Assembly: GCA_015257795.3 (NCBI GenBank)
Contig: CP072208.2
Coordinates: 631,356 to 663,355, forward strand
DNA from: Candidatus Nanogingivalaceae bacterium
Lineage (GTDB): Bacteria; Patescibacteriota; Saccharimonadia; Saccharimonadales; Saccharimonadaceae
Length of the DNA stretch: 32,000 nucleotides
Reading direction: 5' to 3'
Shown here: positions 16,789 to 26,277 of the stretch, one piece after another
Layout of the letters: each line of letters starts with the position of its first letter
Numbering within the stretch: the first letter of the stretch is position 1
The notes under the pieces: generated by a model
Told to the model about the DNA's origin: nothing
Seen by the model: the letters and a program-made list of their open reading frames with translations, nothing else
Database searches by the model: none
Position numbers and translations under genes: made by a program

Positions 16789-18420
16789 TTATTTAATCTT
16801 AATCTGTACAAAGAATATTTTCTTAACTTGCGCAATTATCGGATCGGCTTCTTTAAGTTTTAATAATTTTGCAGCCAAAACATAAACAGCAGAACTCACG
16901 GCTCCGATAAATACGAATTTTGGAAATATCGAGAAGAATCGTAAATCTGAGCCCAAAAGAGGCATCTTTGCCACCAAAAGATAACACACAAAACCAGAAA
17001 AAGCACTTGCAACGAACATTCGCCCAACCCCTAAAACAAATTGTGCGTCAAAAAGTCCATCAATTCTTTTGCGCATCAAAAATAGCAAAATTGCAATTTC
17101 AAGAACTGCACCAATCGCTTGAGCCCAAGCTAACCCGTAAGCACCAAACTTAAAAATTAAACTGAAGACTATCGCCAAAGCAATATTTAGACCAATCGCA
17201 ACTAGTGAGATATAGAATGGCGTTTTCGTATCTTCCATTGCATAAAAACTCCTTGCTGCAATATGATAAATCGAACGCGCAAAAATTGAAAGAACAAGAA
17301 CTCCCAAAAGTCCAGCAATTAAATCATCACCACCGTTTTTAATAAAGCTTACAATGTAGCCACGCAAGAAAAAGAATAAAACCGAAACTGGCAAAGCCAA
17401 GAAAATAATCATTCGAAGAGCGGCTTGTAAATCTTTTCGAAAGAGGTCTTTTCGCCCAATCGCTAATCTTTCAGTTAAATTTGGAAAAAATGCCGTAGAA
17501 ATCGCAACACCAATTAAGTTTACTGGCATCATTTGAAGGGTTAAGCTCTGCGAATATGCACGCACCGTTCCCGAACCCATTCGGCTGGCCATATTAGTTT
17601 CGACAATTGAATTAACATAATCCAAACCTTGATCCATTGAGCGTGTTGGCAGTAGTTTCATAACCTGTTGAAAGCCTCTATTTCGCCAAAAAATTCTAAA
17701 TTGATATTTAAAGTCAACACCAATTAGTCCAATTGCCGCAATCAAAAGCTGGAGAACAGACCCGAAAGCCACACCAATCGCAACGCCCATGATTCCACCT
17801 TCGAAAACCTGAACGCCAAAAATATTTATACCATTCGTAAAAAATACTGTTCCAATAATAATACCAATATTATAAATTGCTGGTGCAAGAGCCGAAAAAG
17901 TAAACCTTCCTATAGCTTGTTGAATACTTGTAAGTACCGTCGCAATAGCAAAAAGAAAGGGATTGATTGCAATCACGCGCATCATTGAAATTGCCAAAGA
18001 TCGTGAAGACTCACTTAATCCTGGCCCAACAATATATTTAACTAGAGGTTCAGCAAAAATAATAATCAAAACTGAGGTTATAAGTGTTAACAGGGCTAAT
18101 AAATTAAGAACACTCGTGCTTAATTCCCATGCAGATTTTTTATTTCGATTCGCCATTCGCTGATTAAATACAGGAATAAACGTAACACTTAATGCACCCG
18201 AAACCAAAATAAAAAACATAAAATCAGGAATCGTGAATGCGACAGTATAAGCATCAATTCCATCAGGGTAAGAATCTAGATAATACGAGTTTAGCAACCT
18301 GTCACGCAAAAAGCCCAACAAGCTCGACAAAAGAGTCGAGCTCGCAAGAATGATCGCTGCAAATTTAACCGTTAACCGCGAATTTGCTTTCGAAACAATA
18401 GATCGAACTTTAGATTTCAT
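16789..18420 (-). CDS. murJ: Lipid II flippase MurJ (MviN family)
   Basis: 543-aa polytopic membrane protein with the MurJ-like N-terminus LLSSLLGFLRDRLL...YG....DA(Y)..AF.IP(D)F. Confidence 0.85.
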   Translation of the reverse strand: MKSKVRSIVSKANSRLTVKFAAIILASSTLLSSLLGFLRDRLLNSYYLDSYPDGIDAYTVAFTIPDFMFFILVSGALSVTFIPVFNQRMANRNKKSAWELSTSVLNLLALLTLITSVLIIIFAEPLVKYIVGPGLSESSRSLAISMMRVIAINPFLFAIATVLTSIQQAIGRFTFSALAPAIYNIGIIIGTVFFTNGINIFGVQVFEGGIMGVAIGVAFGSVLQLLIAAIGLIGVDFKYQFRIFWRNRGFQQVMKLLPTRSMDQGLDYVNSIVETNMASRMGSGTVRAYSQSLTLQMMPVNLIGVAISTAFFPNLTERLAIGRKDLFRKDLQAALRMIIFLALPVSVLFFFLRGYIVSFIKNGGDDLIAGLLGVLVLSIFARSIYHIAARSFYAMEDTKTPFYISLVAIGLNIALAIVFSLIFKFGAYGLAWAQAIGAVLEIAILLFLMRKRIDGLFDAQFVLGVGRMFVASAFSGFVCYLLVAKMPLLGSDLRFFSIFPKFVFIGAVSSAVYVLAAKLLKLKEADPIIAQVKKIFFVQIKIK

Positions 18421-18422
18421 AA

Positions 18423-20294
18423 TTAATCGTGAAGTTTTGCTTCCTTAGGCAATTTAGCATCTTTCAAAATTTCTGCAACCTCTTTTTCGTCTAGAGTTTC
18501 TTTTTCAAGAAGCGCATCCGTTAAAGCTTTAAGCGGTTTTTTATTCGCTTTGAGAACAGCTGCAGCACGTTCAACAGCTTCTTTAATTAACTTAGCGATT
18601 TCAGCATCAATTTTTTCTGCTGTTTTTTCAGAATATGGTCGTTCACGAGTCATCTTATCAAAAAACATTCCCGAATTTTCCTCATGAAATACTTGGTCAA
18701 GCAAATCTTCACCCATTCCAAATTCAATAACCATATTACGTGCGATATCTGTTGCATTTCGAAGATCGCTTGAAGCGCCTGTTGAAATTCCAGCCTCGCC
18801 ATAAATCAACATTTCAGCCTGACGTCCACCCATTGCGCGCGCCAAGATATCTTTATATTCGAAAATATTTGTATAACTTCGATCTTCTGGCGGCAAGAAC
18901 CATGTTACACCACCGGTTCCACCACGCGGAATAATCGTAACCTTATGAACTGGATCTGAATCTGGTAAAACATGTCCAACAACAGCGTGGCCAGCTTCGT
19001 GCCAAGCAGTAGTTTCGCGCTCTAGATCGCTCATTACTTTTGATTTTCGTTCTGGGCCGATGGCTACTTTTTCGAAAGCTTCCGTAAGATCATCGTTAGT
19101 AATAACATCTCGGTTATTTCGAGCTGCCAAAATAGCTGCTTCGTTCGCAATATTCGCAAGATCGGCACCAGCAGAACCAGCTGTCTTTTTAGCAAGCGCA
19201 TTTAAATCTACTGAATCATCAACTTTTTTATTCTTGAAATGAACTTTCAAAATTGCCAAACGATCTTTTCTTTCAGGAAGAGCAATTTCAACACGACGGT
19301 CAAATCGACCAGGTCGCAAAAGAGCTGGATCAAGAACATCGGCACGGTTTGTTGCTGCAAGAACAATAACACCAGTATCTTTTTCGAAACCGTCCATTTC
19401 AACCAAAATTTGGTTCAAAGTCTGTTCGCGCTCATCGTGACCGCCACCCATTCCTGAACCACGTTTTCGACCGACAGCGTCAATCTCGTCAATAAAGATA
19501 ATCGCAGGCGCATTCTTTTTAGCTTTCGAAAATAGATCTCGAACACGTGAAGCACCGACACCAACAAACATTTCCATAAATTCTGAACCAGAAATCGAGA
19601 AGAAAGGAACTTTAGCTTCACCAGCAACTGCACGAGCAAGCATTGTTTTACCAGTTCCTGGATTTCCAACCATCAAAACACCACTCGGGATTTTCGCACC
19701 CATTTTTTGATATTTTTTAGGATCTTTTAAGAAATCAACAACTTCGTATAGATCTTGTTTTGCATTCTCATTTCCGGCAATATCTTCAAATTTAATCTTT
19801 TTCTTATCATCGCCATAAATTTTTGCTCGAGATTTTCCAAAGTTCATAGCTTGCGAATTCTGGCCGTTTGCTGAACGCATCATTAACATCAATAAAGCTA
19901 CAATCGCAATAATTGGAACGATCATAATTGCCAAATTCCATAAAATCTCTGAAGTGTTATCTGCTGGGAAAACATTAACAGTAGTCTTTCCTTTTTCAAG
20001 ACCTTGTTCATAAATTGTACCAGCTTCTTTTACAGATTTTTCAGTTGGTTTTTTCTCACCTTTTTTAGTAACTTTTACATCATTTCCTTGAATTTCAATT
20101 TTCGAAATTTCGCCCTTATTAGCACGAGCAATCACATCTGAAATCGGAACATCTTTCAATCTAGCTGAGAAAAAATTCTGGCTAGACCAAAATACGCCTA
20201 AAATAATTGCGATAACAATCGCCCAAAAAAAAGTATTTCCCGCCCGTTTCGCAAAATTATTCTTCTTATTATCTTTCATTCTGTCCTTTCTCAT
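18423..20294 (-). CDS. ftsH: ATP-dependent zinc metalloprotease FtsH
   Basis: Walker A GNPGTGKT, Walker B IIFIDEID, the SRH region and the zinc site HEAGHA are present. I prefer the ATG at 20294 (AAGGAG 6 nt upstream) over the TTG at 20300 used by the ORF track. Confidence 0.93.
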   Translation of the reverse strand: MRKDRMKDNKKNNFAKRAGNTFFWAIVIAIILGVFWSSQNFFSARLKDVPISDVIARANKGEISKIEIQGNDVKVTKKGEKKPTEKSVKEAGTIYEQGLEKGKTTVNVFPADNTSEILWNLAIMIVPIIAIVALLMLMMRSANGQNSQAMNFGKSRAKIYGDDKKKIKFEDIAGNENAKQDLYEVVDFLKDPKKYQKMGAKIPSGVLMVGNPGTGKTMLARAVAGEAKVPFFSISGSEFMEMFVGVGASRVRDLFSKAKKNAPAIIFIDEIDAVGRKRGSGMGGGHDEREQTLNQILVEMDGFEKDTGVIVLAATNRADVLDPALLRPGRFDRRVEIALPERKDRLAILKVHFKNKKVDDSVDLNALAKKTAGSAGADLANIANEAAILAARNNRDVITNDDLTEAFEKVAIGPERKSKVMSDLERETTAWHEAGHAVVGHVLPDSDPVHKVTIIPRGGTGGVTWFLPPEDRSYTNIFEYKDILARAMGGRQAEMLIYGEAGISTGASSDLRNATDIARNMVIEFGMGEDLLDQVFHEENSGMFFDKMTRERPYSEKTAEKIDAEIAKLIKEAVERAAAVLKANKKPLKALTDALLEKETLDEKEVAEILKDAKLPKEAKLHD

Positions 20295-20361
20295 ATTCAA
20301 CTCCTTCTATTTTAGCAAATTTTTAAAGCATTTTCAAATGAAATGATTTTTCTATTTCACT

Positions 20362-21237
20362 TTAAAAGAATTCAAACTCATCTCTATAAAACTTAACTTC
20401 TCGCCCGCTCAAAATTTGAGTTTTTGAGCCATTTTTAAAAGTTCGAATCGCTTGCAAAAAATTCGCGATTTGTTTCGAGAGCGGAATTTTGCCAGATTGA
20501 ATTCGCATAATCTCACGCAAAATTTCTACACAAACTTCATCGGAATTATTTCGAAAAAAATTTCGCTCAAATTTTCTTCCATCACCAATTTTCGATAAAA
20601 TATCGTTAGTAATTTCTTCAATTTCACGCTTAATTTTAATCTGTTTTTGCCAAATATCAAAGATTTTATTCAAGTTTTCTTCACTAAAATTTATTTTTTT
20701 ACGAATTCGATTGCGTGCATATTTTTCACTTAAATTTGTCGAATCTTCACACCATTTCAAACCTTTTTCTTGCGCTTTGTTAAGAATTTCCGCTTTCGAA
20801 AACTTTAAAAACGGCCGCTTAATATTTGGTGAATCAAAACAGGCAATCGCTCGCCAACCTCCGCCACGATTTAAGTTCAGAACAAAAGTTTCGGCCAAAT
20901 CATTCTTGTGATGTGCTGTAAAAATTTCAGCATTCTCTCTTTTAGCCAGCGCCCTCAAAAAATCGTATCTTGCTTTTCTTGCTTTTTCTTCACTAGCATT
21001 TTCTCCAAGAAAACCTCTTTCAAACTCAAATCTCAAGTTATTTTTGTTCGCAAACTTTCGCACAAAATCAAAATCTCGCATGCTTTCTTCGCCACGAATT
21101 CCATGCTCAAAATGTGCAATTATTAAATTATCCTCAACCCACTTCAAGCCATTCTTTTGTTTAAAAAAATCAATCAAAAAATCCGCCAAAACAATCGAAT
21201 CAACCCCGCCAGAAACCGCCACAAGAATTTTTTTCAT
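20362..21237 (-). CDS. tilS: tRNA(Ile)-lysidine synthase, short form
   Basis: PP-loop VAVSGGVDS is present, followed by HF.HG.R. Its position next to ftsH is common in bacteria. Confidence 0.8.
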   Translation of the reverse strand: MKKILVAVSGGVDSIVLADFLIDFFKQKNGLKWVEDNLIIAHFEHGIRGEESMRDFDFVRKFANKNNLRFEFERGFLGENASEEKARKARYDFLRALAKRENAEIFTAHHKNDLAETFVLNLNRGGGWRAIACFDSPNIKRPFLKFSKAEILNKAQEKGLKWCEDSTNLSEKYARNRIRKKINFSEENLNKIFDIWQKQIKIKREIEEITNDILSKIGDGRKFERNFFRNNSDEVCVEILREIMRIQSGKIPLSKQIANFLQAIRTFKNGSKTQILSGREVKFYRDEFEFF

Positions 21238-21243
21238 ACACTT

Positions 21244-21252
21244 ATTCTACCA
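21244..21252 (-). promoter_or_regulatory. Extended -10 promoter (TGgTAGAAT) 6 nt upstream of the tilS ATG
   Basis: The minus strand reads taTGgTAGAATaagtgtATG. There is no SD. Confidence 0.45.
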
Positions 21253-21275
21253 TACTTGCGTTTTTAAATCGATTA

Positions 21276-21284
21276 TGTTAAAAT
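21276..21284 (+). promoter_or_regulatory. Extended -10 promoter (TGtTAAAAT) 7 nt upstream of the ATG at 21292
   Basis: The sequence reads ttaTGtTAAAATttatacaATG. There is no SD. It is divergent from the tilS promoter. Confidence 0.45.
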
Positions 21285-21291
21285 TTATACA

Positions 21292-22566
21292 ATGAAAAAT
21301 GGTGGGAACAGTTCGAAAATTAAAGAAGTAAAATTCGAAAAAACGATAAAATTTACAGCTGAAAGCATTATTGAAAATGCCTTAAATTTGCACGCAACCG
21401 ATGTTCATATTGAGCCTCGCGAAAATTCAGTTTTGGTGCGTTTTCGAATTGGTGGTGTCCTAAAAAATATGAGCGAAATCCCAAAAAAAGATTTTCCAAA
21501 AATAACTAAATATTTCAAGTCCTTAGCTGGTCTTAATTTTAGCGAGAAAACTTTTCCACAATCATCGACAATTCATTACGGAGAAGCTCGAATTCGAATT
21601 TCGACAACACCAGTTTTTTTGGGTGAAAAAATCACTCTCCGTTTAATGCGTGCGCGAAAATACGTTCGAAAACTTAACGAAATTGGGCTTTGGGGTGAAA
21701 ATCTTCGTGCCGTAGAGCAAATTCTTCGCCAACCACGAGGTATTGTTTTTACTGTTGGCGATGGAAGCAATACAACAAACTTCTCAATTTTAAACGAATT
21801 AAATTCCTCTGAAAAGAATATTGTAACAATCGAAAAAACAATCGAAAAAACAATTACCGGAATCAACCAAACCGAAATTAACCCTAAAATTGGCTTAGGT
21901 TATTTCGAAATGACCAAATCCGCCCTAAGCCAGAATCCAGATATTATATATATCGATAACCTAAACGATAGAAAAACAGCCGAACTTATTTTCGATTCTG
22001 CAATGCGCGGAAAATTCATCATCGCTAGCGTTCCTGTTCGTAAAACTAGCGAGGTTATTCCGTTTTTAAATCACCTCGGAATTGAACCGTTCCTAATTAT
22101 TGCGAATGTTCTTGGGATTATTTCACAAACACTAATGCGAACCATTTCTAAAAAATCTACCACTAATGTAAAAATCTCAAAAGAAGAGTCATCATTAATC
22201 TTGCAAGAATTTAATATTTCTCCACTTCGAATTCACCAACTCGAAAAAGATTTCAAGAATGAGAAATACCCAAATAATAGTCTCGCAACTTCGTCAAATT
22301 CAATTCTTAATCTCCCATCAATTAAGAAAAACATCTCGCCCGAGATTGCTTTTTCTGGAACAACTGGAATTTTCGAAGTTCTAAGTTTACTCGAAGGTAA
22401 AATTTCAAAAGAAATTAAAGAGTTAATCCCCGTAAATCCAAGTTCTGTTGAAATTGAAGAGATTCTTTCTATAAATAATTTTGTCAATTTACGAACTGAT
22501 GGCCTTCTAAAAGTTCTTCAAAAAGAAACCGTTCTATCTGAATTGATGCGTAGAACTGGATTTTAG
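21292..22566 (+). CDS. PilB/GspE/PilT-family secretion-ATPase homolog with degenerate catalytic motifs (probable pseudo-ATPase)
   Basis: Family-typical blocks are present: ATDVHIEP....VRFRI.GVL, RISTTPVFLGEKITLR, GINQTEINPKIGL and NPDIIYI. However, the Walker A position reads GDGSNTTN, the Asp box reads VTIEKTIE, the Walker B region reads IDNLND, and the His box reads GKFIIASVPV. Confidence 0.75.
   Translation: MKNGGNSSKIKEVKFEKTIKFTAESIIENALNLHATDVHIEPRENSVLVRFRIGGVLKNMSEIPKKDFPKITKYFKSLAGLNFSEKTFPQSSTIHYGEARIRISTTPVFLGEKITLRLMRARKYVRKLNEIGLWGENLRAVEQILRQPRGIVFTVGDGSNTTNFSILNELNSSEKNIVTIEKTIEKTITGINQTEINPKIGLGYFEMTKSALSQNPDIIYIDNLNDRKTAELIFDSAMRGKFIIASVPVRKTSEVIPFLNHLGIEPFLIIANVLGIISQTLMRTISKKSTTNVKISKEESSLILQEFNISPLRIHQLEKDFKNEKYPNNSLATSSNSILNLPSIKKNISPEIAFSGTTGIFEVLSLLEGKISKEIKELIPVNPSSVEIEEILSINNFVNLRTDGLLKVLQKETVLSELMRRTGF
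21827..21854 (+). repeat. Tandem 12-nt duplication (caatcgaaaaaa, 2.3 copies), in frame (TIEKTIEKTI)
   Basis: Read directly from the sequence. It falls in the position of the Asp-box motif of the ATPase homolog. Confidence 0.9.
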
Positions 22567-22576
22567 ACAATAAATC

Positions 22577-22585
22577 TGATAAAAT
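22577..22585 (+). promoter_or_regulatory. Extended -10-like box (TGaTAAAAT) 8 nt upstream of the ATG at 22594
   Basis: The sequence reads tcTGaTAAAATtataaattATG. The 27-nt gap after the upstream gene contains no SD. Confidence 0.35.
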
Positions 22586-22593
22586 TATAAATT

Positions 22594-23151
22594 ATGTTAA
22601 TCCTAGCTTCGAATTTATCTAATACTCCAGTGATGAGCCTACAAACCGGTTCCCAGCTTGCAAGAACAGGTAGAGCAATCATCGACCCTTCGAATCTTCA
22701 AATTTTAGCCTACGAGCTAAAAGCGAATACTTTTTTAAATCAAGAAATGTTGGTTCGCATTGCTGATATCCGTGAGCTCTCAAGAGTTGGTTTTATTGTT
22801 GATTCTGGCGAAGATTTTATTCTGCCAAATGATGTATTTAAAATTAAAGGAATTCTTGATCTAAATTTTAATCTATTAGATTTAAGAGTTGAAGATGAGA
22901 AGAAACATAAAATTGGTAAGATTATTGATTACACAATTAGCCTTTCGAATTTTTCTGTTCAACAATTAATCGTTAAACGTCCATTCATAAAATCTTTTAG
23001 CGATCCAACACTTACAATCCACCGCTCGCAAATTATTGAAATTAACGATAATAAAATCGTAATTCAGAGCGAAGAAGAATCTGTTCCGCAAAAAAGCGCC
23101 GAAAAAACTGAGAATTTTGTTCCAAATTACGTTAATCCATTTCGAGATTAA
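22594..23151 (+). CDS. Hypothetical protein, possibly with two PRC-barrel-like domains
   Basis: The two halves are similar. The N-terminal half has a PRC-barrel-like pattern (ASNLSNTPVMSLQTGSQLARTGRAIIDPSNLQILAYEL), and the second half resembles it (LRVEDEKKHKIGKIIDYTISLSNFSVQQLIV). The assignment is by eye only. Confidence 0.45.
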   Translation: MLILASNLSNTPVMSLQTGSQLARTGRAIIDPSNLQILAYELKANTFLNQEMLVRIADIRELSRVGFIVDSGEDFILPNDVFKIKGILDLNFNLLDLRVEDEKKHKIGKIIDYTISLSNFSVQQLIVKRPFIKSFSDPTLTIHRSQIIEINDNKIVIQSEEESVPQKSAEKTENFVPNYVNPFRD

Positions 23152-23891
23152 AATTCATCTTTAGAAAGTGCCCTCTTAATTTCGTCATACGAAAACCCTT
23201 GTCGTGCTAAATATGCGACAAGTTTTTTTTCGTCAGCGTATTTTTTGGCTTTTTTTGCAATTATTTTTTGAATTTCTTCCGAATCATTACGCTTTGAACT
23301 TGCTAAAATTTGTTCGATAATTTCGTCTGAAACACCTTTCGAAAATAATTCAGATTTTAATTTTTTAATTGAACTTCCTTTTCTTTGATTTCGATTTTCA
23401 ATCCAAAATTTTGCAAATTTAAAATCATCAACATAGCCTTTCTCAATCAATCTTTGCAAAGCTTGTTCTGCTGAAACTTTTGAAACTCCTTTTTTCTCAT
23501 AAAATTCACCCGTTTTTTTATTTCGAAGCTTTCGATTTAGCGTTTTTTTCCACAGATAATCACTAATTTCCTTTTCAGAATGTGGCCGCATCAAACAATA
23601 ATTAAGCCCAAGAGCATATAATTTTCCAAATTCACTCTGTTGTTCGAGATTTAAAATTTCATCTTCTGAAAATTTTGCACCAATTTTAACATTTAGTTGA
23701 GTTAATTGAAAAATATCCAAAGAAAAACGATATTTTCCATTTACAAAAATATTAGCACGATTTGGATTTTTAACTGCTTGTTTTATATCTGTAATCGTGA
23801 AATGGCCATCTTTAAAAATATCTTCTTTTCGAAAACTTTTTTTTGCAACTTTTTCTTTAAAATCATTTTGATCGAAAATATCTAAAGCCAT
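23148..23891 (-). CDS. recX: RecX-family regulator
   Basis: It lies immediately downstream of recA. Repeated three-helix modules are visible (LQRLIEKGYVDDFKFAKFWIENR, LFSKGVSDEIIEQIL, LARQGFSYDEIKRAL). Confidence 0.75.
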   Translation of the reverse strand: MALDIFDQNDFKEKVAKKSFRKEDIFKDGHFTITDIKQAVKNPNRANIFVNGKYRFSLDIFQLTQLNVKIGAKFSEDEILNLEQQSEFGKLYALGLNYCLMRPHSEKEISDYLWKKTLNRKLRNKKTGEFYEKKGVSKVSAEQALQRLIEKGYVDDFKFAKFWIENRNQRKGSSIKKLKSELFSKGVSDEIIEQILASSKRNDSEEIQKIIAKKAKKYADEKKLVAYLARQGFSYDEIKRALSKDEF

Positions 23892-23902
23892 AATTAAAAG
23901 TA

Positions 23903-23930
23903 TAATTAGCCCGAATTTTCAGGCTAATTA
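23903..23930 (-). terminator. Hairpin between recA and recX (possible attenuator or partial terminator)
   Basis: 9-bp stem taattagcc / ggctaatta with a 10-nt loop. On the minus strand it is followed by T-rich sequence. Confidence 0.4.
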
Positions 23931-23932
23931 TA

Positions 23933-24997
23933 TTATTTTTCTTCTTTTTCCTCATTATCAGAAGATTCTTCAGCAATTTCCTCTCCACGAATTTTTGCAC
24001 GAACTTTTTTCTCAATTTCAGCCATAACTTCTGGATTTTCAAGCAAGTATCGTTTAGCGTTTTCACGACCTTGACCAATATTTTGGTCGTTATATTTGTA
24101 AAACGCACCTGATTTTCCAAGAATTTCATGTTCAACTGCTAGATCTAGAATATCACCCGTTTTCGAAATACCTTCATTATACATAATGTCAAATTCAGCA
24201 ATTCTAAACGGCGCTGCAATCTTATTTTTAACGATTTTAACCTTTGTACGGTTACCAATTACATCGTCGCCACTTTTAATTTGTGCAGTTCGACGGATAT
24301 CGGCACGCACTGACGCATAAAATTTAAGCGCATTACCACCAGTTGTAGTTTCAGGATTGCCAAACATCACACCAATTTTCATTCGAATTTGGTTAATGAA
24401 AATCACAGTCGCTTTTGATTTATTAATAATTCCGGTAAGTTTTCGAAGCGCTTGCGACATTAATCGAGCCTGAAGACCCATATGCGCATCACCCATGTCG
24501 CCATCGATTTCAGCTTGTGGAACTAACGCTGCAACAGAGTCAACAACAATCAAATCAACAGCATTTGAACGCACTAGAGTTTCAGTAATTTCAAGAGCCT
24601 GCTCGCCATTGTCGGGCTGCGCAACAAGCAAATTCTCAGTATCAACGCCGAGTTTCTTTGCGTAAGCTGGGTCAAGTGCATGTTCCGCGTCAATGAAAGC
24701 TGCAGTTCCACCTTGCTTTTGAATTTCAGCAATCGCATGAAGTGTTAGAGTAGTTTTTCCTGAACTTTCTGGTCCATAAATTTCAATGATTCGTCCTTTT
24801 GGATAACCACCACCAAGCGCAATATCTAAACTTAAGCATCCCGAAGGAAGAAGCTCAACATCAACCTTATGATTTTCACCAAGTTTCATAATTGAACCGT
24901 CACCAAATTGTTTCGAAATTTGAGCAATTGCTAAATCTAATGCTTGTTTTTTGCCGCTTTCGGCCATTCCCATATCTGTTTTCTTCGCCTTAGCCAT
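23933..24997 (-). CDS. recA: Recombinase RecA
   Basis: Walker [10 protein letters not shown] plus the family-typical blocks [18 protein letters not shown] and [17 protein letters not shown] lies upstream of the ATG. Confidence 0.97.
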   Translation of the reverse strand: MAKAKKTDMGMAESGKKQALDLAIAQISKQFGDGSIMKLGENHKVDVELLPSGCLSLDIALGGGYPKGRIIEIYGPESSGKTTLTLHAIAEIQKQGGTAAFIDAEHALDPAYAKKLGVDTENLLVAQPDNGEQALEITETLVRSNAVDLIVVDSVAALVPQAEIDGDMGDAHMGLQARLMSQALRKLTGIINKSKATVIFINQIRMKIGVMFGNPETTTGGNALKFYASVRADIRRTAQIKSGDDVIGNRTKVKIVKNKIAAPFRIAEFDIMYNEGISKTGDILDLAVEHEILGKSGAFYKYNDQNIGQGRENAKRYLLENPEVMAEIEKKVRAKIRGEEIAEESSDNEEKEEK

Positions 24998-25080
24998 AAA
25001 TAATTCTCCTTAAAATAATATCTTTATTTTAACACTTTTCAATAAAACGTTCAAGGTTATTTTTATATTTATCTTTAATA

Positions 25081-25089
25081 TGCTATAAT
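25081..25089 (+). promoter_or_regulatory. Extended -10 promoter (TGcTATAAT) 6 nt upstream of the pilin ATG
   Basis: The sequence reads ataTGcTATAATaaaagcATG. There is no SD. Confidence 0.5.
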
Positions 25090-25095
25090 AAAAGC

Positions 25096-25485
25096 ATGAA
25101 GAGAAAATCTGGTTTTACACTTATCGAGATTTGTGTTGTAATTATTTTTTTAATTGCGGCGGGTATAATTCTTACTATCCAGCGTTTCGAACTTTTATCA
25201 GTTCAACGCGATCAAACTCGTAAGCTAGCAATTAATGAAATTTATTATAATCTCGAGGAAGTCTATTACAAGAAAAACGGTTTCTATCCTGAAAAACTTG
25301 ATGAAAATGCCGTCAAAGGAATTGACCCAAACCTATTAACAGACCCCTTCGGAATCCTAATTAACGAAGAAAAGAGTGACTACCGTTATGAGCCAACAAG
25401 TTGCGAAAACGGAAAATGCAAAAAATTCTCTCTTCGTACAAAATTAGAAAAAGAAAGCGATTTCGTAAGGCGTTCGAAAAACTAA
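25096..25485 (+). CDS. Type IV pilin / pseudopilin with a prepilin N-terminal cleavage-methylation signal
   Basis: MKRKSG|FTLIEICVVIIFLIAAG matches the class III signal, with Glu at +5. A C-terminal Cys pair is present (CENGKC). Confidence 0.85.
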   Translation: MKRKSGFTLIEICVVIIFLIAAGIILTIQRFELLSVQRDQTRKLAINEIYYNLEEVYYKKNGFYPEKLDENAVKGIDPNLLTDPFGILINEEKSDYRYEPTSCENGKCKKFSLRTKLEKESDFVRRSKN

Positions 25486-25492
25486 TTATAAA

Positions 25493-25518
25493 ATAGCCCT
25501 GTTAAATTCTAGGGCTAT
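25493..25518. terminator. Bidirectional intrinsic terminator between convergent genes
   Basis: Perfect 8-bp stem atagccct / agggctat with a 10-nt loop. It is flanked by aaa and ttt. Confidence 0.6.
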
Positions 25519-25524
25519 TTTATA

Positions 25525-26277
25525 TTATTTTACCGATATTTTTGCACCTTCTTCAAAAAGTTTATCTGAAAGCATTTGATTTTCGCGTGCTGTCTCCACG
25601 ATATCGCTCAAAAATTCAGCTTTCTTGTCCGGGTTTGGTGCAAACGGAAAAGTATAGGTTGACTCATCACCAATAGTGCTTAATCGCACTGTTCCATAAT
25701 CAAACAAATGCTGTAAAATCCCTTCACGAGAATACGAGATATCTTCAATCGCTTCCAGGTTAATAACCTGCTTTCTCTGATTCATAATTGTATTCGAAAT
25801 CCACTGAATTGCACGTTCATTTGTTATGATTAATCTGTTCGCTCGATAAACAACATAATTTATATAAGTTATTAAAATTAAAAGCACCGTTATTGAACCG
25901 AAGATTAATGAAAGTTGCGGCTTAAAGTTGGCTGGAATTGGAAACGGATTTGGTAAAAAGCAAATAATAATCCAGGCGCTAATCAAGAAAACAGCAATAA
26001 TTGAGCTAAAAATAATGTTAAGCAAATAGCCTAGTGCATGCCGACGCATCGAAAGCACAACATATTCATCTTCATCAACTGTAATATCGGGATACATTCT
26101 TACCGATTGATCATGACGTGCTTTAATTACGCGTGGATCGCCAGCAGGAACTTCAACCTGCATAACTGGCTGAACTCGAATTGGCGCGCCCAGACTATTT
26201 TCGAAACTTAAATTTTCATTCTGATTCTGGGCAATTTTTTCCTCAAATTTCTGGGCTAGGCTTTGCTTATCGTTCAT
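25525..26277 (-). CDS. Membrane protein with a bacterial PH (bPH/YdbS-YdbT-like) domain
   Basis: Two TM helices are followed by [13 protein letters not shown].........[31 protein letters not shown], a bPH_2-like pattern. It overlaps the ruvB stop by 11 nt. Confidence 0.65.
   Translation of the reverse strand: MNDKQSLAQKFEEKIAQNQNENLSFENSLGAPIRVQPVMQVEVPAGDPRVIKARHDQSVRMYPDITVDEDEYVVLSMRRHALGYLLNIIFSSIIAVFLISAWIIICFLPNPFPIPANFKPQLSLIFGSITVLLILITYINYVVYRANRLIITNERAIQWISNTIMNQRKQVINLEAIEDISYSREGILQHLFDYGTVRLSTIGDESTYTFPFAPNPDKKAEFLSDIVETARENQMLSDKLFEEGAKISVK

Noticed and set aside
20295-20300. TTG start for ftsH as given by the ORF track
   Set aside because: An ATG two codons downstream (20294) has AAGGAG at ideal spacing. 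The TTG lies within the SD-to-ATG spacer.
23863-24135. 90-aa minus-strand ORF overlapping the 3' end of recA
   Set aside because: It is out of frame with recA, which is unambiguous, and it has no independent signals.
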